IMG/VR virus record: IMGVR_UViG_3300032282_005553
Location: 64,001-128,000 of that record
Reading direction: 5' to 3' (one strand)
DNA length: 64,000 nucleotides
Source of the DNA: a virus
How positions within the stretch are numbered: the first letter of the stretch is position 1; every line of letters starts with the position of its first letter. The notes beneath the pieces are model-generated. The model was not told the DNA's origin. It saw only the letters and a list, made by a program, of their open reading frames with translations, and made no database searches. A program made the translations under genes and the position numbers. Of this stretch, positions 59,687 through 64,000 are shown in pieces.

Positions 59687-62600
59687 TCATGGACAACCTA
59701 ATCCACTACATCTACCAATGACCGTGCCCTCATTATATGACGGAGGAAAGAAATATGCATCACCGTATACTGTTCCTCTGTTTATTGATGGTATCAAAGA
59801 CCCATTTGCTCCATCTGTATTTTTAAAATAGCCATTGCCTTGAATTATACCATCATTGTAAGATCCATAAAATGTTCCACTACTCATTAATATTCCTTGG
59901 TTAATTGATGAACCAATAAATATGGCATGTCCGGCCACTACTCCTGTCATTGGTTGCTGCTGGTTTCCATATTGATCTATATTGGATTTTAGTCCATTAA
60001 TTGATTCTTCTTTGAATTCACAATTATTGGTAACCGATCCGTAATTGGTTGAACTAATAAATAATCCACTACCATCTATTATTCCACTATTTATTGATTG
60101 ATTAATAAATTCAGCATATATATTTATAATCGCAGATTCACCATTAAAAGAAAAATATGACAAAAATGCTCCTTTTGCTAAGGTTCCTTGGTTTTTTGAT
60201 TCTGTCATAACAGAATAGCCATCCACGGTTCCATAATTAATGCTTTCAGAAAATAAAATAGAATTAATATCATTTTTTATAGTTCCAAAATTTATTCCAC
60301 CAAAAGTTATAATTCCACCATAATTGCTTGTTGAGCTAGATACTTCTATATTTCCAGAATTGACACCCGTAAAATCAATGTCACTATCAATTAAAGAGAT
60401 AAGACCCATATTTATGTTTGTAAAACTAAAATCAATTCCACTAGATTTTATTACTCCACTATTTACTGAATCTGAGAAATTTATACTTTCTTTAATATCT
60501 TTAATATAACCATGGTTATCAGAGTATGTAAATACAACATTCTCTGTACTATCAATTATTCCTTTATTTGTTGATCGACCAATAGTAGGATGAAATTGAT
60601 TAAAATAATTTTTGACCCCTATAAAAGAACAATTAGATCCACTTAGAAGAATGCCATTATTTACAGTATAATAATTTCTAAAAAATTGCTCCCCAATAGA
60701 GGCTGAGAATAAAGTATTTCCTATTATAAATCCATTATTAATTGCGTTATCAAAAAAATATCCCCCAGATAATGGACTATTGTTTATGCTTCCTTGCATA
60801 AAAGTGAAATTTATTCCAGTATACATAGAATTATTTATACTTGATCCATAAAATCCTGCTCCTCCATCGCATTGACCAATGTTAACGGCACTATCAAAAA
60901 AAGATCCTGAGCCCAAAACGTGCCCCATATTTTTTGACCAATTAGCAAAGACAGGATTTTCAGTTATAATACCATAATTAATAGAACCTGATTCAAATAA
61001 TGCCCCAGTTTGTATGACTCCGAAATTTTTTGCGTCTTCACTGAATGTTGGTATTTTTTTGCAAATTCCACTTAGTGTATTTTGAGAATTACATGTAAAT
61101 AATATTGTATTACAATCTAGCAGTCTTTCATTTTTAGAGTTATCACAAAAAGTTGCAGAATTTATACACTCTCCTCTATTTATGGATCTACTATAAAATT
61201 CACCATTGCTCACCGTACCAGAAATAGAATTTTCTGATTGATCATAAAATGAAGCATTAGTAATTTTTCCATGATTTTTAGATTCATTGAATAAAAAACC
61301 ATAATTTATATCTGTTAATTCAAGAGAATAATTTATTGTAGAATCATATAGTGCTACTATATAAACTTTACCTAGATTAATACTTTTATTTTTAAAAATA
61401 CCATAATTTACAGTACTATTTAATCCACTGCTATTAATGCTATAATTATTGAATACTGCCTTATCAGAAACTATGCCTGAATTAATAGTTCTATTATTAA
61501 AAATAGCATAATTAATTGTGCCTTTATTAACTGACTGATCTTCCAATATTATAAATCCGCTAGAAGTACCTAGACATATTCCATTATTTATCGCATTTTT
61601 ATTAAAAGTTGTTGATCCACTTGTAAACGAAATTGTTCCAACGTTAACTGAATCTAATCCAAATGACGTATTGGATTGTGATATACTTGCAGAATTATAT
61701 CCTGTTAAGTTAAAAGTAATGGTAGATAAATTAATATTTCCATAATTTATAGATGTATTGAAGTTATATGTTCCATTACTAAGATTACCATAGTTTGTGG
61801 ATTTATTAAATACTATGCTTCCACTATACATATCTCCATAGTTATTGCTATATTGATTAAATGTTGCAGATCCGTCTAGTCCTCCGTTATTGTCGGAATA
61901 ATTGTCGAATGTCGAGGTTCCTGATAGTGTTCCGACATTAGTTGAATATATAAATTTTGAATTACCAATTACATTACCATTATTTATCCCACTAGTACAC
62001 TGTAAACTACCAGAAACATTTCCATCATTAGTGGATTGAGTATATATACTAATATTTCCTACAACATCACTAGAGTTTGTGGAGTTACTATGTAGTATTA
62101 CTGTTCCAAGAATTCTATTATTGTTAGTGCTATTACCACTAAAATAATAAAATGATCCAGAATTTATACCATTGTTAGTACTGTTGTCTATGAAATATCC
62201 TTCTGAAAAAGTTATACCATTATTGATTGATGAACCACTAAAAATACATCTACCATAAAGTTTGGATTGCTGTGAACTTGTTGATTCATTATAGAAAGAA
62301 CTATTTCCATAGCATTTTCCATTATTTTCACTATTAAAAAACTGACTCTCTGATTGCAATAATCCATTGTTAATTGCAGAATTTTTAAATATACATAGAC
62401 CTTCCATAGTACCATTGTTGGTGCTGTCATCCAATATTGACGATGGTGCTGTTATACTACAATTTTTTGTGATTATACTCTTATTATTAAAATGCACTCC
62501 AAGCGGAACTTTTTTGATAGAGCTTGGATCATCTGTTGCTATATCTTCTATAGCAGAGGACACTTCATCTGCATTTGAGGCACCACCAACAGTTATAGTA

Positions 62601-63028
62601 GTAGTTATTTGACTAATATTATATGGTAGTATATTGCTATATAATATAGATGCGTTCGAAATAAATCTTTTTGATGTATTTATTTGAATAAATGGTGAGG
62701 TTTTTTGGCTTTGGGAATATAAATCAACCTTATACAAATAAATATTTTTTGCTATAATTTCACCAAAATTCATAAGCTTACGAGGCTCATTGTCATTATT
62801 TGCCCCTATCAGAAATAAAGTATTTTTTACATTCAAAGATTTTATCCCATCCAAAGATTTATCTCTTGTTGGCAATAAACATGCGTTGATTTGGCCATAT
62901 CCTGCAGGATCAAGGGATACAGTGGGCGGCTTGACTACTATTATATCTGTTTCGTGTGTTGGCAATGAGTCTGATTGATCAGATAAGTTAGAATTAGTAA
63001 ACCATTTTGATAGATCGCAATACGACAT
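59687..63028 (-). CDS. Long beta-solenoid repeat protein (FxxxSxNxGxI repeats)
   Basis: Dozens of ~15-17-aa repeats over most of the 1113-aa protein; AGGGTG RBS. Confidence 0.75.
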   Translation of the reverse strand: MSYCDLSKWFTNSNLSDQSDSLPTHETDIIVVKPPTVSLDPAGYGQINACLLPTRDKSLDGIKSLNVKNTLFLIGANNDNEPRKLMNFGEIIAKNIYLYKVDLYSQSQKTSPFIQINTSKRFISNASILYSNILPYNISQITTTITVGGASNADEVSSAIEDIATDDPSSIKKVPLGVHFNNKSIITKNCSITAPSSILDDSTNNGTMEGLCIFKNSAINNGLLQSESQFFNSENNGKCYGNSSFYNESTSSQQSKLYGRCIFSGSSINNGITFSEGYFIDNSTNNGINSGSFYYFSGNSTNNNRILGTVILHSNSTNSSDVVGNISIYTQSTNDGNVSGSLQCTSGINNGNVIGNSKFIYSTNVGTLSGTSTFDNYSDNNGGLDGSATFNQYSNNYGDMYSGSIVFNKSTNYGNLSNGTYNFNTSINYGNINLSTITFNLTGYNSASISQSNTSFGLDSVNVGTISFTSGSTTFNKNAINNGICLGTSSGFIILEDQSVNKGTINYAIFNNRTINSGIVSDKAVFNNYSINSSGLNSTVNYGIFKNKSINLGKVYIVALYDSTINYSLELTDINYGFLFNESKNHGKITNASFYDQSENSISGTVSNGEFYSRSINRGECINSATFCDNSKNERLLDCNTILFTCNSQNTLSGICKKIPTFSEDAKNFGVIQTGALFESGSINYGIITENPVFANWSKNMGHVLGSGSFFDSAVNIGQCDGGAGFYGSSINNSMYTGINFTFMQGSINNSPLSGGYFFDNAINNGFIIGNTLFSASIGEQFFRNYYTVNNGILLSGSNCSFIGVKNYFNQFHPTIGRSTNKGIIDSTENVVFTYSDNHGYIKDIKESINFSDSVNSGVIKSSGIDFSFTNINMGLISLIDSDIDFTGVNSGNIEVSSSTSNYGGIITFGGINFGTIKNDINSILFSESINYGTVDGYSVMTESKNQGTLAKGAFLSYFSFNGESAIINIYAEFINQSINSGIIDGSGLFISSTNYGSVTNNCEFKEESINGLKSNIDQYGNQQQPMTGVVAGHAIFIGSSINQGILMSSGTFYGSYNDGIIQGNGYFKNTDGANGSLIPSINRGTVYGDAYFFPPSYNEGTVIGRCSGLGCP

Positions 63029-63041
63029 AAATCACCCTGTA

Positions 63042-63998
63042 TTAGTCTGCTGCTTGGGTGCCATCAAGATACAAGACCAATTCTTCTTCATACGAGTTTT
63101 CTCTGACTTTATAGAATTGAGTATAATTCAATTCATTTTTTGGAAATCCGTCATACAAAGATAGGGCAAAAACCATTCCTAGTGCTTTTTGTTTTGTGTC
63201 GCAAGACCACGGAGAACATAATGTGTCTCCTATATCTGAATTAACGCATCCTTTAACCTCCGGTTCAGCAGGATCAGCAGGCTTATATCCTTTGCATGAT
63301 TTTTGATCAGTCCTCAACAATTTTAGCATACATTTCAAATGAGATTCTGTAACTAAAAAACTGCCATCTGGAATCGGTCCCCACGTAGGATGTCCGCCAT
63401 CGTTCCATTTTCCCCAGCTATTGGCTAATAAAAATACGCATTCATTATAGTCTACTTTTCGATCATCATATCCTATTATTGCATATGAATGATACCATAT
63501 TCTATCGGGATATGACAGACCAGAAGAATCTCTAACATTAGAAAAACCAACATTGGTCATTATAACAACACCGTAACCATTATAACACAAATCTTTAATA
63601 GATTGCATCATATCTTCGGACGATCTGGAATGTAAAAGAGATATTGTTTTTACTCTCTGTATTCCAGGAATATTATTATTTTTACAATTTTTTAAGGGAG
63701 AACTACTGTATTCTATATTTGTGTGCGTTATATAATTGTATCCATTAATTTTTTGGAAATATTTCAGTAGTAAATCACCTGGACAACTATAGAAATTTGG
63801 TCCACTATTATTTAATAAATTTACATATCCTCCATATGATTTACGTTTTAATATTCCAATATGTATTAATGGATATTCTTCTACTGGTAAATTAATCTCA
63901 TCTTGTGTGATGTCGTAATATCTTCTTGAGCCAAGACCCACCCTAAACTGACCATCTCTTTCTCCGGTAACATCATCACAGCAGAGATTCATTTGTTG
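63042..63998 (-). CDS. Papain-like (C1) cysteine peptidase, probably 5'-truncated by the window
   Basis: HSYAIIGYD and LANSWG catalytic His/Asn motifs. The frame stays open past 63992 to the window edge; the catalytic Cys motif is not seen. Confidence 0.75.
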   Translation of the reverse strand, partial: QQMNLCCDDVTGERDGQFRVGLGSRRYYDITQDEINLPVEEYPLIHIGILKRKSYGGYVNLLNNSGPNFYSCPGDLLLKYFQKINGYNYITHTNIEYSSSPLKNCKNNNIPGIQRVKTISLLHSRSSEDMMQSIKDLCYNGYGVVIMTNVGFSNVRDSSGLSYPDRIWYHSYAIIGYDDRKVDYNECVFLLANSWGKWNDGGHPTWGPIPDGSFLVTESHLKCMLKLLRTDQKSCKGYKPADPAEPEVKGCVNSDIGDTLCSPWSCDTKQKALGMVFALSLYDGFPKNELNYTQFYKVRENSYEEELVLYLDGTQAAD

Positions 63999-64000
63999 GA

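Noticed and set aside
1-64000. Stop-codon reassignment
   Set aside because: Standard-code ORFs are very long and tile the window; TAA, TAG and TGA all end genes at sensible boundaries.
1-64000. tRNA, rRNA or other structured RNA genes
   Set aside because: Intergenic gaps are nearly all under 100 nt and none shows a cloverleaf or T-loop signature by eye; a tRNAscan-SE or Infernal run would be needed to exclude them formally.

Overview
AT-rich, gene-dense segment of a large tailed dsDNA phage genome, read in the standard genetic code, with two convergent arms meeting at about 30490. The + arm (1-30494) is a virion tail module: a 5'-truncated tape-measure-like protein of over 3300 aa, a beta-helical tail fibre, three probable tail-tip/baseplate proteins, a 2710-aa Cys-rich protein and a small CxxC protein. 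The - arm (30488-64000) encodes replication, recombination and nucleotide metabolism: SSB, a DnaE split into two genes around a DnaQ-like exonuclease, a Cas4/AddB-like nuclease, dNMP kinase, primase, DnaB, RecA, HNH, PhoH, class II RNR and dCMP deaminase. It also carries two glycosyltransferase clusters, a long beta-solenoid protein and a papain-like protease. The best candidates for undescribed biology are: (1) a tape measure built of cassettes, with five GTDTVPAMLTPGEFV repeats separating cargo segments, two of which are paralogous HExxH metallopeptidases preceded by Gly-rich helices; (2) an intein-free split DnaE with intact PHP plus an inserted DEDDh exonuclease; (3) two glycosylation clusters, one with apparently degenerate enzymes and one with a 2OG-Fe(II) oxygenase among nucleotide genes. 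A Planctomycetota host is weakly suggested. No tRNA, rRNA or CRISPR array was seen. All calls come from motif recognition by eye; no database search was run.
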